Below are positions 18,401 through 28,768 of a stretch of 41,736 bases of DNA, piece after piece. The stretch comes from Rhodobacterales bacterium (GTDB taxonomy: Bacteria > Pseudomonadota > Alphaproteobacteria > Rhodobacterales > Rhodobacteraceae). Position 1 is the stretch's first letter. Each line of letters starts with the position of its first letter. The DNA lies in the NCBI GenBank assembly GCA_030950105.1, contig JAUZRV010000207.1, forward strand, positions 1 to 41,736, in the 5' to 3' direction. The translations under genes and the position numbers were made by a program. Under the pieces are notes generated by a model that had not been told where the DNA came from, ran no database searches, and was given only the letters and a program-made list of their open reading frames with translations.

Positions 18401-20953
18401 GCGACATTACGGGTGGTGCCGCGCTATGCGGGAACCGCGTTGATTTCGGTAATGTCGAATCGTTTGATTGCCATGAAAACCGTCGATCTGGTCGAAGGTG
18501 AAAACCTTGTCCCGCTTGATGTCACCGATGAATGGGGCGCGGGGGCCTATGTCACCGCAACCATTTTGCGGCCAATGAATGTTGCAGCAGGGCAAAATCC
18601 GGCGCGGGCCTTGGGGCTTTCTTATGCCAGCATCGAACCGGGTGCCAAACAGCTATCGGTGACCATAGATACGGCTGCGGAATCCGCGCCGCGCGGTGAA
18701 TTAACCGCCGGTATTCATATCGAGGGCATCACCGAGGGTGAAACCGCCTATGTCACTTTGGCCGCTGTCGATCTCGGAATTTTGAACCTCACCGGGTTTC
18801 AATCACCCGATCCGTCAACGCATTACTTTGGCCAGCGCCGCCTTGGCGTAGATATTCGCGATGTTTATGGCCGCCTGATTGACGGGATGAACGGGGCGAT
18901 GGGAATTGTGCGGTCCGGTGGCGACGCCGGCAACGAAATCAGCACCCAAAGCCCGCCACCAACCGAAGACCTCGTGGCGTTTTTCTCGGGTCCGGTTACG
19001 GTGGATGCCTTTGGCAATGCCAGCATCAGTTTTGATATCCCCGAATTTAACGGCACCGTGCGCCTAATGGCGGTGGCCTGGTCAAATGGCGCGGTCGGCC
19101 AGAGCGAGAAGGACGTTCTGGTGCGCGATCCGGTGGTTGTCACCGCATCGTTGCCGCGTTTCCTTGCCCCCGGGGACAGCAGCCGGATGTTGGTCGAAAT
19201 CGTGCACGCCACAGGTCCCTCGGGGCGGATGGGTCTTGATATAACGGCGCAGGGCATCACGCTTGCAAACGCGCGTATTCCATCGGGTATCAATCTGGGT
19301 GACAACGCCAGCACAAGTTTTAGCGTGCCGATTACCGCGCGCGAGATTGGCGATCATTCCATCACCATCGCGCTTACCACACCGGACGGGCGGCAACTCA
19401 GCAAAACATTGACCATCCCCGTGCGTTCCAACGATCCCGAAGTTGCCACCACGCGGCGTTTTACCTTGGGGGCGGGCAAGGTTTTTACCTTTGATGAAAA
19501 TGTCTTTGCCGGTCTGCGCGCAGGCACCGGAAATGCAACCCTGACCGCCGGACCACTGGCGCGCCTTGATGCGCCCGGCCTGCTTTCTGCGCTCGATCGG
19601 TATCCCTATGGCTGCACCGAACAAGTGACGTCCAAGGCCATGCCGCTTTTGTATTTTGACAAAGTTGCCGAGGCGATGGGCCTTGCCAGCCGCGCCCAAG
19701 TGCAAAAACGTGTGGATCAGGCGATTGAAAAAATCCTGACCCGCCAATCATCAAACGGGGCGTTTGGTCTTTGGTATCCGGATTCGGGTGATTTCTGGCT
19801 TGATGCCTATGTCAGTGATTTCCTGTCACGGGCGCGCGCCGAAGGGTATAAAGTGCCCGATCTGGCATTCCGTCTGGCAATGGATAACCTGCGCAATCGC
19901 GTGAATTATGCACCCGATTTTGACAGCACGGTCAATGATGGCGGTGCCGATATCGCCTATGCATTGATGGTTCTGGCGCGTGAAGGTGCGGCAGCGATGG
20001 GTGATTTGCGGTATTACGCCGATGTCAAAGCCAAGGATTTTGGCACGCCTCTGGCGGCGGCGCAATTGGGCGCGGCCCTTGCGTCCTATGGTGATCAAAC
20101 CCGTGCCGACGCGATGTTTGGCCATGCTGCGCGGCTTATGTCGTCACGTCTTGGCGAAGAACGCGCGGTGTGGCGTGCCGATTATGGCACCAATTTACGT
20201 GATGCGGCGGGGCTTCTCTCGCTTGCGGTCGAGGCGGGCACAAATGTTGTGGATCGCGCGACTTTGGCCAACCGGATCGCACGCGCCGGACGTGGGTTAT
20301 CGACCCAGGAATCGGTGTGGTCCCTGCTCGCGGCGCGCGCGTTGATTGATGATCCTGCGATTACCAACCTGACCATCAACGGCACGCCGGTAAATGGCCC
20401 GTTGATCAAGGTGCTCCAAGACCAGACGCAAGGCGAAACGCTGGCCATCCGCAACGGCGGTAAAATCGAAACCGATATCACCCTGACCACCTTTGGCGTG
20501 CCAACGGTTGCGCCGGATGCGGGCGGCTATGGCTTTCGCATTGACCGGCTCTATTACACGATGGACGGCCAACAAATTGGCGGTCCGGTGCAGGTAGGTG
20601 ACCGGATTGTGACGGTCCTGCGGGTTACCCCGTTTGGCAAAGGCGAGGCCCGGTTGATGATCAATGATCCGCTACCGGCGGGGTATGAAATCGACAATCC
20701 GAACCTGCTGCGCGCCGGTGATATTTCGGCGCTGGACTGGCTCAAACCTAGCGCCAGCCAGTATTCGGAATTTCGCAGTGACCGGTTTTTGGCAGCGGTG
20801 GATTGGTATTCGGACAAGCCGTTCCAACTTGCCTATATTGTGCGCGCCATATCTGCGGGGGATTATCACCACCCCGCCGCAACCGTCGAAGATATGTATC
20901 GCCCGAAATACCGTGCGCGCACCGCAACCACGCGGTTGATCATCACCGAGTGA
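15500..20953 (+). CDS. Alpha-2-macroglobulin family protein with N-terminal PAN/Apple-like module and intact CTEQ thioester motif
   Basis: Signal peptide MRRIILAALVLFGLLAPVAAISQ with no lipobox Cys. Cys pattern CETACLSDNQCRAFTFNGRSNSCF. Thioester motif YPYGCTEQ at nt 19613-19624. Long MG-domain body. AGGGAG SD before ATG 15500. pbpC follows immediately. Confidence 0.9.
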   Translation: MRRIILAALVLFGLLAPVAAISQTTSYVPDRRLVFTPDVDFYGADLLSLFDTTKTACETACLSDNQCRAFTFNGRSNSCFTKSEITDRQPYDGATSAEVFRTDPRVMAKTIARATDLAYLGTQTLSRARAQAKGIGAMHPSGQWSVETMLDAARDRRAKGDTINAMRWTGGAVSQSDAADQWVEYARLSLDIKSEGSSQRNKYRARALNAAINGYLRALNDGTRVNALAVLAEALEKSGRGRDMVPTLRLAELIQPRRDIVAALDKAVGKYGFRITEHRVDNNSANPRICAEFSEPLVKTGVDYTPYLRLPDQTMAVTAEGNQICVDGAEHGLRYTVVFRKGLPAASGESLIKDVELTLYVRDRDPSVSFPSRAYVLPKTADAGLPIETVNVDKVDLKLRRVSDRNLLRSIQDNYFARPLSYYQDQLFAGEIAEEIWTGTGEVGNTINRDMTTRLPMGDVLNGLEAGIYALTARIPGADVYDDAGATQWFILSDLGISTLSGNDGLHVFVRALSDAQARAGIKVTLLSRANRVLGTTTTDAQGYARFDAGLARGTGGASAALVMVQDGERDLAFLSLTDPAFDLSDRGVEGREPSPPIDVFLATDRGAYRAGEVIHATALARDEVAKSINGLPVTAILIRPDGVEYSRHTSTSDNAGGHVFDLPLGLSVPRGAWRLEIKADVDAPALASAALLVEDFLPERIDFELSLADGPIRAIDTPRLTVDAEYLFGAPGANLAIEGEVTLRLAANLEGFEGYVFGRYDTLFGRQTSYIESDNTDESGRAIIPLVMPEFNDPGRPLTATINLRVKEGSGRPVERRITRAVAPAAPMIGIKRGFDDVVPEGSDAAFQIIAVGEDMTAMDMRVSWTLNRIQRRYQWYQQYGNWNWEATTTRTRVAKGETTLGNVATQVSAPVDWGQYELVVERLDGDYVAAATRFYAGWYAPADTSSTPDTLELSLDQPRYKSGDTATLRVVPRYAGTALISVMSNRLIAMKTVDLVEGENLVPLDVTDEWGAGAYVTATILRPMNVAAGQNPARALGLSYASIEPGAKQLSVTIDTAAESAPRGELTAGIHIEGITEGETAYVTLAAVDLGILNLTGFQSPDPSTHYFGQRRLGVDIRDVYGRLIDGMNGAMGIVRSGGDAGNEISTQSPPPTEDLVAFFSGPVTVDAFGNASISFDIPEFNGTVRLMAVAWSNGAVGQSEKDVLVRDPVVVTASLPRFLAPGDSSRMLVEIVHATGPSGRMGLDITAQGITLANARIPSGINLGDNASTSFSVPITAREIGDHSITIALTTPDGRQLSKTLTIPVRSNDPEVATTRRFTLGAGKVFTFDENVFAGLRAGTGNATLTAGPLARLDAPGLLSALDRYPYGCTEQVTSKAMPLLYFDKVAEAMGLASRAQVQKRVDQAIEKILTRQSSNGAFGLWYPDSGDFWLDAYVSDFLSRARAEGYKVPDLAFRLAMDNLRNRVNYAPDFDSTVNDGGADIAYALMVLAREGAAAMGDLRYYADVKAKDFGTPLAAAQLGAALASYGDQTRADAMFGHAARLMSSRLGEERAVWRADYGTNLRDAAGLLSLAVEAGTNVVDRATLANRIARAGRGLSTQESVWSLLAARALIDDPAITNLTINGTPVNGPLIKVLQDQTQGETLAIRNGGKIETDITLTTFGVPTVAPDAGGYGFRIDRLYYTMDGQQIGGPVQVGDRIVTVLRVTPFGKGEARLMINDPLPAGYEIDNPNLLRAGDISALDWLKPSASQYSEFRSDRFLAAVDWYSDKPFQLAYIVRAISAGDYHHPAATVEDMYRPKYRARTATTRLIITE

Positions 20954-20957
20954 TGAT

Positions 20958-22994
20958 ATGAGCCGCCTGTTATCCCTGCTGGCCGCTGTGCTGTTTGTCG
21001 CGGCGGTCGGGTTTGATACGCTTGATCAATGGGTGGCGGAAACCGAGCTGCCCCCGTTGATCAGTGACACGTCAGTTGAAGTGCGCGACCGCACCGGGGT
21101 GTTGCTGCGCGCCCATACGGTTGAAAACGGGCGTTGGCGGCTTGGCGTGCAGGCGCGCGATGTTGATCCCGGATTTATCGCCATGTTGATCGCCTATGAG
21201 GACCGGCGGTTCTATTCCCATTCCGGTGTTGATGGGCGCGCCATGATGCGGGCGTTTGCACAGGCGATATGGAACCGGCGGGTTGTTTCCGGCGGCTCGA
21301 CCCTGACCATGCAGGTGGCTCGCCTTCTAGAGGATAGCGGCACCGGGAAATGGGCGGGAAAACTGCGCCAGATCCGTGTAGCGCTGGCATTGGAGCGGCG
21401 ATTGAACAAGCAGGAAATCCTCACGCTTTATTTGATCAATGCCCCCTACGGGAGCAACCTTGAGGGTATTCGCGCCGCGACATTGGCCTATTTCAACAAA
21501 GAACCCCGCCGGTTAACGCCGGCGCAATCGGCGCTTTTGGTCGCGATTCCGCAATCCCCCGAGGCGCGCCGCCCCGACCGCAACCGGCAAATTGCCCGCG
21601 CCGCCCGCGACCGTGTGTTGGCACGGATGCGGTTGGCGGGTGCAATCGACAGCGGCACCGAAATTGCAGCATTGGCCGAGCCGGTGCCCGCAGAGCGCCG
21701 CCCGTTTCCCGCCCTTGCGCGCCATTTGTCGGATCGGGTGATTGCCGCCAATCCGGTGCCGCGACGTCACGACCTTACACTGGATGCGCGCGTGCAAATC
21801 GCGCTTGAACAGCTCGCCAAAACCACCTTGCAAAACCGCGCTAAAACCCTCTCGATTGCGCTTTTGGTTGCGGATTATCAAACCGGTGAAATCATCGCCT
21901 CTGTTGGATCTGCCGGTATCAAAAACGCCGCTGCCCATCAGGGGTTTGTCGATATGACACAAGCGCTGCGTTCGCCCGGGTCAACCCTCAAACCGCTGGT
22001 CTATGCGATGGCGATTGATCACGGTCTGGTGCATCCGCAAACCCTGATTGATGATCGGCCAATATCAATCGCCGGTTACGCCCCCCAAAATTTTGACGGC
22101 AAATTTCGCGGCGAAATCCGCGTGGTTGATGCGTTGCCCCAATCCCTCAACATACCGGTGGTGCTGCTCACCCAAGAGCTTGGCCCGCCGCGGTTGATGG
22201 CGGCGCTACGTCGTGCGGGAACCGCGCCAATGCTGCCATCCGGCAAGCCGGGTCTGGCGGTGGCCCTTGGCGGGGTCGGGATCACCCTGCAAGATCTGGT
22301 GCAATTGTTTGGCGGCCTTGCCAATGGCGGGAAATCTGTTGATCTGCATTGGCAGGACCGCACGTTGACCCCGTCCCAAACCATCATAAGCCGGTCCGCG
22401 GCATGGCAAGTCAGCGATATATTGGCAGGAATACCGCCACCCAAAGGGGCAATGCGCCAACGTCTGGCCTATAAAACCGGTACCTCTTACGGCAACCGCG
22501 ATGCCTGGGCGATCGGTTTTGACGGGCGACACGTTGCCGGAGTGTGGCTTGGCCGCCCCGATGGCACCCCTGTGCCCGGTATCTTTGGTGGCGATTTGGC
22601 GGCTCCGGTGTTGTTCAACCTGTTTGGCCGCCTCAAACCAACGCTTGATCCGTTTGTCCCGCCGCCACCGGAAACCTTGCTGCTATCCACCGCAAACCTG
22701 CCGCAACCCTTGCAAAGGTTTCGCCCGCGCAATGCGGTTTTTTCCAAACCCGCTGATGCGCCCGACCTGTCGTTCCCGCCCGATGGCGCGTTGATTGCCC
22801 TTGAGGGGGCAGATTTAACCGCCAAAGTGCGCAATGGAATTGCCCCGTTTACATGGCTCGCCAATGGCCGCGCAGTCCTTACCCAAAGCTATATGCGCGA
22901 AGTGACCCTTCCCGATCTTGGCCTCGGGTTTACCGAATTATCGGTGATCGACGCCAAGGGGCGCACGGCCAAAGCATTGGTGCGCCTAGAATAG
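20958..22994 (+). CDS. pbpC: Penicillin-binding protein 1C (glycosyltransferase/transpeptidase)
   Basis: GT51 motifs (EDRRFYSHSGVD, GGSTLTMQ), the transpeptidase motif SPGSTLKP, KTGTS and a C-terminal PBP1C domain. It starts 4 nt after the A2M stop. Confidence 0.9.
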   Translation: MSRLLSLLAAVLFVAAVGFDTLDQWVAETELPPLISDTSVEVRDRTGVLLRAHTVENGRWRLGVQARDVDPGFIAMLIAYEDRRFYSHSGVDGRAMMRAFAQAIWNRRVVSGGSTLTMQVARLLEDSGTGKWAGKLRQIRVALALERRLNKQEILTLYLINAPYGSNLEGIRAATLAYFNKEPRRLTPAQSALLVAIPQSPEARRPDRNRQIARAARDRVLARMRLAGAIDSGTEIAALAEPVPAERRPFPALARHLSDRVIAANPVPRRHDLTLDARVQIALEQLAKTTLQNRAKTLSIALLVADYQTGEIIASVGSAGIKNAAAHQGFVDMTQALRSPGSTLKPLVYAMAIDHGLVHPQTLIDDRPISIAGYAPQNFDGKFRGEIRVVDALPQSLNIPVVLLTQELGPPRLMAALRRAGTAPMLPSGKPGLAVALGGVGITLQDLVQLFGGLANGGKSVDLHWQDRTLTPSQTIISRSAAWQVSDILAGIPPPKGAMRQRLAYKTGTSYGNRDAWAIGFDGRHVAGVWLGRPDGTPVPGIFGGDLAAPVLFNLFGRLKPTLDPFVPPPPETLLLSTANLPQPLQRFRPRNAVFSKPADAPDLSFPPDGALIALEGADLTAKVRNGIAPFTWLANGRAVLTQSYMREVTLPDLGLGFTELSVIDAKGRTAKALVRLE

Positions 22995-22999
22995 CGCCG

Positions 23000-23569
23000 T
23001 CAAAGCGCGCGCAATCCGCCAAGCACAAAATCGGCCGCAAGTTCGCTATATTCGGCGCGACTTAGACCCTTGTTGGGGCGATGCCACATATAATACCAGT
23101 TCAAAATCCCGAACACCGACATCGTGGTGGCATGAAGGCGCTGTTTGTCGAGATCAGGCGCGACATCTGCCAGAGCTGTTGAAAGAATAACCACCAAACG
23201 CCGCTGTAACGCAACCAAGGGCGCGCGCATGTCATCGTCAAGCACCCCAAGCGCATCCAGTTGCAATTTATGTTCCGCGTCGGCATCGGCATAGGCCAGA
23301 AGGATCGCCCCGATAAGGCCGCGCACACCGTCGTTTTCAGCGGCCTCGACCACATCGACCAATTCGGTCAAATGTGCGTTGACGATATCAAACAGCAGTG
23401 CTTCCTTGCTGTCATAATAATGATAGACGAGGGCCTTGGACACGCCACAGGCCTTGGCCGCGCCCGCCATTGAAGCGCGGTCAAACCCGTGTTGCGCAAA
23501 ATACCCCGCCGCCCCCTTGCGGATGGCCGTGCGTTTTCCCTCGTGATCACGTCCGACGCCACGGGCCAT
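23000..23569 (-). CDS. TetR/AcrR-family transcriptional regulator, probable phenylacetate regulator (PaaR-like)
   Basis: TetR HTH (FAQHGFDRASMAGAAKACGVSKALVYHYYDSKEALL). It is the last gene of the paaI-J-K operon, and its start overlaps the paaK stop. Confidence 0.75.
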   Translation of the reverse strand: MARGVGRDHEGKRTAIRKGAAGYFAQHGFDRASMAGAAKACGVSKALVYHYYDSKEALLFDIVNAHLTELVDVVEAAENDGVRGLIGAILLAYADADAEHKLQLDALGVLDDDMRAPLVALQRRLVVILSTALADVAPDLDKQRLHATTMSVFGILNWYYMWHRPNKGLSRAEYSELAADFVLGGLRAL

Positions 23570-24888
23570 CAGGTGTCCTTCGGGCGATTGTCCACGATGC
23601 GCACGGCCTTGCCCTGCGAGCGCGCCACTTTGCCCGGCTCGGCAACATCGACCTGCACCGTGACACCGACGTGGCGCTTCACTTGGCTTGCAAGCGCCTT
23701 GCCTGCTGCTTCAAACGCGGCTGCTCCGGCCTTGCCGGTGGCCTCGGTGGCTTCAACCCGAACTTTCATCACGTCCTTATGGCCAACGCGGTTCAACTCG
23801 ACCTGAAAATGCGGGGCAAGCGCGGCCACGGTCATCAACTGTTCTTCGATCTGGGTCGGGAAAACATTCACGCCACGAATGATGATCATATCATCGCTGC
23901 GGCCGGTGATTTTTTCCATTCTACGCATAGTGCGCGCGGTGCCGGGCAACAGGCGTGTTAGATCACGGGTCCGGTAACGGATAATCGGAAACGCCTCTTT
24001 GGTAAGCGAGGTAAACACCAGTTCCCCCATCTCACCATCAGCGACCAATTCACCCGTGTTGGGATTGACGATTTCGGGATAAAAATGATCTTCCCAAACA
24101 TGCAGCCCGTCTTTGGTTTCCACACATTCATTGGCCACACCCGGCCCGATGATTTCGGATAGTCCATAAATATCAACAGCATGCATATCAAATGCATCTT
24201 CGATTTCGCGGCGCATGGCGTTGGTCCACGGCTCTGCCCCGAATATACCGACCTTGAGCGGGCTTTTCCTCGGATCAAGTCCCGCAGCGGCATATTCATC
24301 AAGTATCGACAGCGCATAGGACGGCGTAACGGTCATACCCGTCGCTTGAAAATCCTCGATCAGGCGCACTTGGCGTTGGGTCATACCACCCGACACCGGC
24401 ACCACAGTGAGGCCCATCTTTTCCGCCCCGCCATGCACCCCGAGACCGCCGGTAAACAACCCGTAGCCATAGGCGTTGTGGAGCAAATCCCCGCTTCGCA
24501 AGCCCGAAGCACGCAGCGAACGCGCCACCACATCGCCCCACATATCGAGATCATTTTTGGTATAGCCAACCACCGTCGGCTGCCCCGTTGTGCCCGAAGA
24601 CGCATGTATCCGCGCCAGTTTTTCACGTGGCACCGCAAACATATTGAACGGGTAATTGTCGCGTAAATCCGATTTCACCGTGAATGGAAATCTGGCCAGG
24701 TCCGCAAGCGATTTTAGATCGTCAGGATGCACACCAGCGGCGTCAAAACCATCCTTGTAGAACGCGACATTGTCATAGGCATGGCGCAACGACCATTTCA
24801 TCCGCTCAAGTTGAAGCGCCTGCAATTCATCGCGCGACGCGGTTTCGATAGCGTCCAGATCACCGGGTTTCGGGGATAGATCTTCCAT
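23569..24888 (-). CDS. paaK: Phenylacetate-CoA ligase
   Basis: Typical PaaK sequence: [22 protein letters not shown], and the C-terminal RIVDNR region. Confidence 0.92.
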   Translation of the reverse strand: MEDLSPKPGDLDAIETASRDELQALQLERMKWSLRHAYDNVAFYKDGFDAAGVHPDDLKSLADLARFPFTVKSDLRDNYPFNMFAVPREKLARIHASSGTTGQPTVVGYTKNDLDMWGDVVARSLRASGLRSGDLLHNAYGYGLFTGGLGVHGGAEKMGLTVVPVSGGMTQRQVRLIEDFQATGMTVTPSYALSILDEYAAAGLDPRKSPLKVGIFGAEPWTNAMRREIEDAFDMHAVDIYGLSEIIGPGVANECVETKDGLHVWEDHFYPEIVNPNTGELVADGEMGELVFTSLTKEAFPIIRYRTRDLTRLLPGTARTMRRMEKITGRSDDMIIIRGVNVFPTQIEEQLMTVAALAPHFQVELNRVGHKDVMKVRVEATEATGKAGAAAFEAAGKALASQVKRHVGVTVQVDVAEPGKVARSQGKAVRIVDNRPKDT

Positions 24889-24889
24889 A

Positions 24890-26083
24890 TTATACAGCCT
24901 CCAACATCATGGCTATGCCTTGTCCAACGCCGATGCACATGGTGCAAATCGCGCGTTTGGCATCACCGTTTTCAATCGCTATTGCCGCCGACAGCGCAAG
25001 CCGCGCCCCCGACATTCCCAAAGGATGGCCAAGCGCAATAGCCCCGCCATTTGGGTTCACATGGGCCGCATCATCCGGCAAACCAAGGCGGCGCATAACG
25101 GCCAACCCTTGCGCGGCGAATGCCTCGTTCAACTCAAACAGATCAATATCATCAATCGAATAGCCAGTCATTTCCAAGAGTTTCTCGGTTGCCGGTGCTG
25201 GCCCGATGCCCATAATGCGCGGCGCGACCCCGACCGTGGTCATAGCGGTAATGCGCGCCTTCGGGGTAAGCCCGTATTTTTTCACGGCGTCGGCGCTGGC
25301 AATAATCATCGCGCATGCCCCGTCATTAACGCCGGACGCATTGCCCGCTGTGACGCTCCCACCGGCGCGAAATGGTGCGCGCAAACTGGCGAGCTTTTCA
25401 AGTGTGGTATCGCGCGGATGTTCGTCCGTGGTGACAGAAATTGCGTCGCCCCGCCGCTGTGGCACGTCAATTGCCACGATCTCTTTGGCCAATCGACCCG
25501 ATGCAATCGCGGCCAAGGCCCGCTTTTGCGAACGGTGGGCAAACGCATCCTGATCCTCGCGGGAGATGTTGAAATCCTCGGCAACATTTTCGGCGGTTTC
25601 CGGCATCGAATCGGTGCCATAGGCCGCGTGCATCGCCTTGTTGACAAAACGCCAACCTATCGTCGTGTCGTAAATTTCGGCGCGCCGCGAAAAGGCGGCA
25701 TCGGGTTTGGGCATCACCATTGGTGCGCGGCTCATGCTTTCAACGCCCCCCGCCAATATCACCTCGGCCTCGCCACATTTAATCGCCCGCGCCGCCGTGC
25801 CCACCGCATCAAGGCCCGAACCGCAAAGCCGGTTCATCGTCACCCCCGGCACCGTTTCGGAAAGCCCCGCCAACAATACCGACATACGCGCCACATTGCG
25901 GTTGTCTTCGCCCGCCTGATTGGCACAGCCCATGATCGCCTCGTCCACTTGCAAGCCACCCAATGGTTCGGTTACCGACCGGATCACATGCGCCAACATA
26001 TCGTCGGGCCGCAGCGATGACAAAGCCCCGCCATAGCGCCCGATCGGGGTGCGCAATCCATCGCATAAAAAGGCGTCTCTCAT
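24890..26083 (-). CDS. paaJ: 3-oxoadipyl-CoA/3-oxo-5,6-dehydrosuberyl-CoA thiolase
   Basis: Thiolase motifs [31 protein letters not shown] and [10 protein letters not shown], in a paa context. Confidence 0.85.
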   Translation of the reverse strand: MRDAFLCDGLRTPIGRYGGALSSLRPDDMLAHVIRSVTEPLGGLQVDEAIMGCANQAGEDNRNVARMSVLLAGLSETVPGVTMNRLCGSGLDAVGTAARAIKCGEAEVILAGGVESMSRAPMVMPKPDAAFSRRAEIYDTTIGWRFVNKAMHAAYGTDSMPETAENVAEDFNISREDQDAFAHRSQKRALAAIASGRLAKEIVAIDVPQRRGDAISVTTDEHPRDTTLEKLASLRAPFRAGGSVTAGNASGVNDGACAMIIASADAVKKYGLTPKARITAMTTVGVAPRIMGIGPAPATEKLLEMTGYSIDDIDLFELNEAFAAQGLAVMRRLGLPDDAAHVNPNGGAIALGHPLGMSGARLALSAAIAIENGDAKRAICTMCIGVGQGIAMMLEAV

Positions 26084-26529
26084 GTTTGCACCTCGAAATG
26101 TTGGCCAGATATCTGGCGTGAAAGCCCACGAAATAGCGCCACAATGCGCCCGTCCCCACCCGTCACAGTCACGTCGTAAATTCCCGAACGGCCTGTGATC
26201 GACGTTTCCGTGGCCACTGCCATCAAAACTTCGTCACGCTGCCCCGGCGATAGCAGGTTGATGGAATTCTGGATTGCGACCACGCGATTGTTGTAACTGT
26301 TGCAGGCAAAGGCAAAGGCGCTATCCGCCAAAGTATTGATAAATCCGCCGTGACAAATCCCGTGACCATTAAGATGTTGGGCCTGAACCCGCATTGTCAT
26401 TTTACAGGCTCCCGGCGAAATCTCCACAAGATCAATACCAAGCCATTTGGTCGCCGCATCGCCCGCCAGCATCGCTTGCGATGATCGTTCCGCCACTTCC
26501 TGAGGTGTCATTTCCGCGCTCCACGCCAT
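26080..26529 (-). CDS. paaI: Hydroxyphenylacetyl-CoA thioesterase PaaI
   Basis: Hotdog-fold motif NGHGICHGGFINTLADSAFAFA. The ATG at 26529 is preceded by GGGAAGGAA and is preferred over the tracked GTG at 26559. Confidence 0.85.
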   Translation of the reverse strand: MAWSAEMTPQEVAERSSQAMLAGDAATKWLGIDLVEISPGACKMTMRVQAQHLNGHGICHGGFINTLADSAFAFACNSYNNRVVAIQNSINLLSPGQRDEVLMAVATETSITGRSGIYDVTVTGGDGRIVALFRGLSRQISGQHFEVQT

Positions 26530-26562
26530 CTTCGCATTTTCCTTCCCTACAAACTGCACAAA

Positions 26563-26576
26563 ACCGACCGTTCGGT
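26563..26576. promoter_or_regulatory. Candidate PaaR (TetR-type) operator ACCG-AC-CG-TT-CGGT in the paaI/paaZ divergent intergenic region
   Basis: accgaccgttcggt fits the ACCGnnCGnnCGGT core that I recall being reported for Corynebacterium PaaR. It is the only such site I saw in the 26530-26640 intergenic region. Confidence 0.45.
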
Positions 26577-26640
26577 CAAGAGTATTGATTTATGTCGCGC
26601 CTTGGCCCATGCTAGCGCCAACCAGGAATAGGAATTTACC

Positions 26641-28668
26641 ATGCACGCAGTTCAAAGTTACGCCGCCGGAAACTGGATCGGGCCTGCCGCCGATGCCCCC
26701 CAAATCATCGGGCCGGTAAGCGGCAAACCGATCGCCATTGCCGGCGGTGCCGCGCTCGATTTTGCGGGCATGATTAACTATGCCAAATCGCGTGGCGGCC
26801 CTGCCTTGCGTGAAATGACATTTCACCAACGCGCCAAAATGATCAAGGCACTCGCCGCCTATCTCGATACCCGCAAGGAAGAACTCTATACCCTCAATAG
26901 CCTGACAGGGGCCACACGGCGCGACGGTTGGGTCGATATCGAAGGTGGCATTGGCACCATGTTTGCCTTTGCCTCCAAAGGACGGCGCGAAATGCCCGAT
27001 GGGCACGTTTACCTTGATGGAAACCTCGAACAATTGTCACGCAACGGCACCTTCTTGGGGCAACATATTGCCGTGCCTTTACAAGGGGTTGCAGTGCAAA
27101 TCAACGCGTTTAACTTTCCGGTTTGGGGGATGTTGGAAAAACTCGCCCCCGCCCTTTTGGCCGGTGTGCCGTCTATCGTTAAACCCGCCACCCAAACCTG
27201 TTACCTCACCGAGGCCTGCGTGCGCATGATGATCGAAAGCGATCTGCTGCCCGAGGGTGCTGTGCAATTGATCATTGGCCGCACCGGCGATCTTCTGGAT
27301 CGTTTGGGCGCGCAGGATATCGTGTCGTTTACCGGCTCGGCAGACACTGCGTTTATGCTGCGAAGCAATCCAAAACTCATGCGCAATTCCACACGGTTTC
27401 TGGCTGAACAGGACAGTTTGAACGCGTCTATTCTGGGACCGGACGCCACTATAGACACGCCGGAGTTTGCGCTGTTCATTAAAGAAGCCACCGCCGAGAT
27501 CACGTCCAAAGCGGGTCAAAAATGCACCGCAATCCGCCGAATGATTGTGCCCGACGCTATGTTGACGGCTGTCGGCGATGCGCTCGCGGCAAAACTATCC
27601 AAAATTACCGTCGGGAATCCCGAAGCCGATGGCGTGCGCATGGGCGCGCTGGCCTCAATGGCGCAAAAAGCCGATGTTTTGGATAAAATCCGCCAAATCG
27701 GGGCCGAAACAACGATGATTTGCGGCAATCCCGATGATTTCGACGTTCAGGGCGCCGATGCGAATAACGCCTTCTTGCCCCCAATGCTATTGTCCTGCGC
27801 CGATCCCGATGGCGCAACAGCAGTGCACGAGATTGAGGCCTTTGGTCCCGTTGCCACCTTATTGCCCTACCGCGATATTGCCCATGCCGCCGACCTTGCC
27901 AATCGCGGCCAAGGCTCGCTTGTGGCCTCTTTGATCACCCATGATCCGCAGGTGGCGCGTGACGTGACCTTGGCCAGCGCCGCGTGGCATGGGCGGCTCT
28001 ATATTAACAACCGCGATAGCATGGCCGAATCCACCGGCCACGGCTCGCCCCTGCCCCATATGACACACGGTGGCCCCGGTCGTGCCGGTGGCGGTGAAGA
28101 ACTCGGCGGCGTGCGCGGTGTTCTCCACTATATGCAGCGCACCGCGATTCAGGGCAGCCCGGACATTTTAACCGCAATCACCGGCCAATGGATCCCTGGC
28201 GCGCATGAGATCAAAGGCCCGACGCACCCCTTCCAGCGCACATTCCACGAAATCGCAATTGGCGAAACATTGCACACAGACCCACGCACGGTCACTTTGG
28301 CGGACATCGAAAAATTCGCCCATTTCACTGGCGATACGTTCTATGCCCACATGGATGACGACGCCGCGCGTGCCAATCCGTTTTTCCCCGGTCGCGTGGC
28401 CCACGGCTATCTTCTGCTGTCCTTTGCCGCCGGTCTTTTCGTGCAACCCGATCCCGGCCCGGTTCTGGCCAACACCGGCCTCAACGCGCTCAGTTTCCAA
28501 AAACCGGTTAGCCCGGGAGATAGTATTCGCGTCCGCCTTACCGCCGCACGCAAAACCCAACGCACCGATGACTATGGCGAAATCGCGTGGAACGTCACAC
28601 TCTACAACCAAGACGATGAAAGGGTCGCAACCTATGAACTCCTGACCATGGTCTCTTACCAGCGCTAA
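26641..28668 (+). CDS. paaZ: Bifunctional oxepin-CoA hydrolase / 3-oxo-5,6-dehydrosuberyl-CoA semialdehyde dehydrogenase
   Basis: N-terminal ALDH domain with the catalytic-Cys context [12 protein letters not shown]-terminal MaoC-like hydratase domain ([14 protein letters not shown]). Length is 675 aa. Confidence 0.9.
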   Translation: MHAVQSYAAGNWIGPAADAPQIIGPVSGKPIAIAGGAALDFAGMINYAKSRGGPALREMTFHQRAKMIKALAAYLDTRKEELYTLNSLTGATRRDGWVDIEGGIGTMFAFASKGRREMPDGHVYLDGNLEQLSRNGTFLGQHIAVPLQGVAVQINAFNFPVWGMLEKLAPALLAGVPSIVKPATQTCYLTEACVRMMIESDLLPEGAVQLIIGRTGDLLDRLGAQDIVSFTGSADTAFMLRSNPKLMRNSTRFLAEQDSLNASILGPDATIDTPEFALFIKEATAEITSKAGQKCTAIRRMIVPDAMLTAVGDALAAKLSKITVGNPEADGVRMGALASMAQKADVLDKIRQIGAETTMICGNPDDFDVQGADANNAFLPPMLLSCADPDGATAVHEIEAFGPVATLLPYRDIAHAADLANRGQGSLVASLITHDPQVARDVTLASAAWHGRLYINNRDSMAESTGHGSPLPHMTHGGPGRAGGGEELGGVRGVLHYMQRTAIQGSPDILTAITGQWIPGAHEIKGPTHPFQRTFHEIAIGETLHTDPRTVTLADIEKFAHFTGDTFYAHMDDDAARANPFFPGRVAHGYLLLSFAAGLFVQPDPGPVLANTGLNALSFQKPVSPGDSIRVRLTAARKTQRTDDYGEIAWNVTLYNQDDERVATYELLTMVSYQR

Positions 28669-28768
28669 ACCGGTTTCATCTTGCTCCAAATACTCGCGCC
28701 GCAGGCATCCGGCCTCGTTTCAGATACATTTGGTTCTAATGCGGAAAAAAACCGTGTAACAAGGCCGA

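Noticed and set aside
24920-26020. Long antisense ORFs opposite confirmed genes. Examples are 24920-26020 (+) opposite paaJ, 14135-15067 (+) opposite the histidine kinase, 10547-11368 (-) opposite recQ, 16181-16777 (-) opposite A2M, 34568-35287 (-) opposite the DUF4159 gene and 40638-41249 (-) opposite glcD.
   Set aside because: These are shadow ORFs, which are typical of GC-rich coding DNA. Their composition is Arg/Gly/Pro/His-rich and low in complexity. They show no recognisable motifs and no SD, while the opposite strand carries unambiguous family signatures.
26585-26600. A TGATT-containing sequence (tattgatttatgtcg) in the paaI/paaZ intergenic region, considered as a PaaX operator.
   Set aside because: It matches the E. 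coli PaaX consensus (WWTRTGATTCGYGWT, as I recall it) at only about half of the positions, and I saw no partner half-site.
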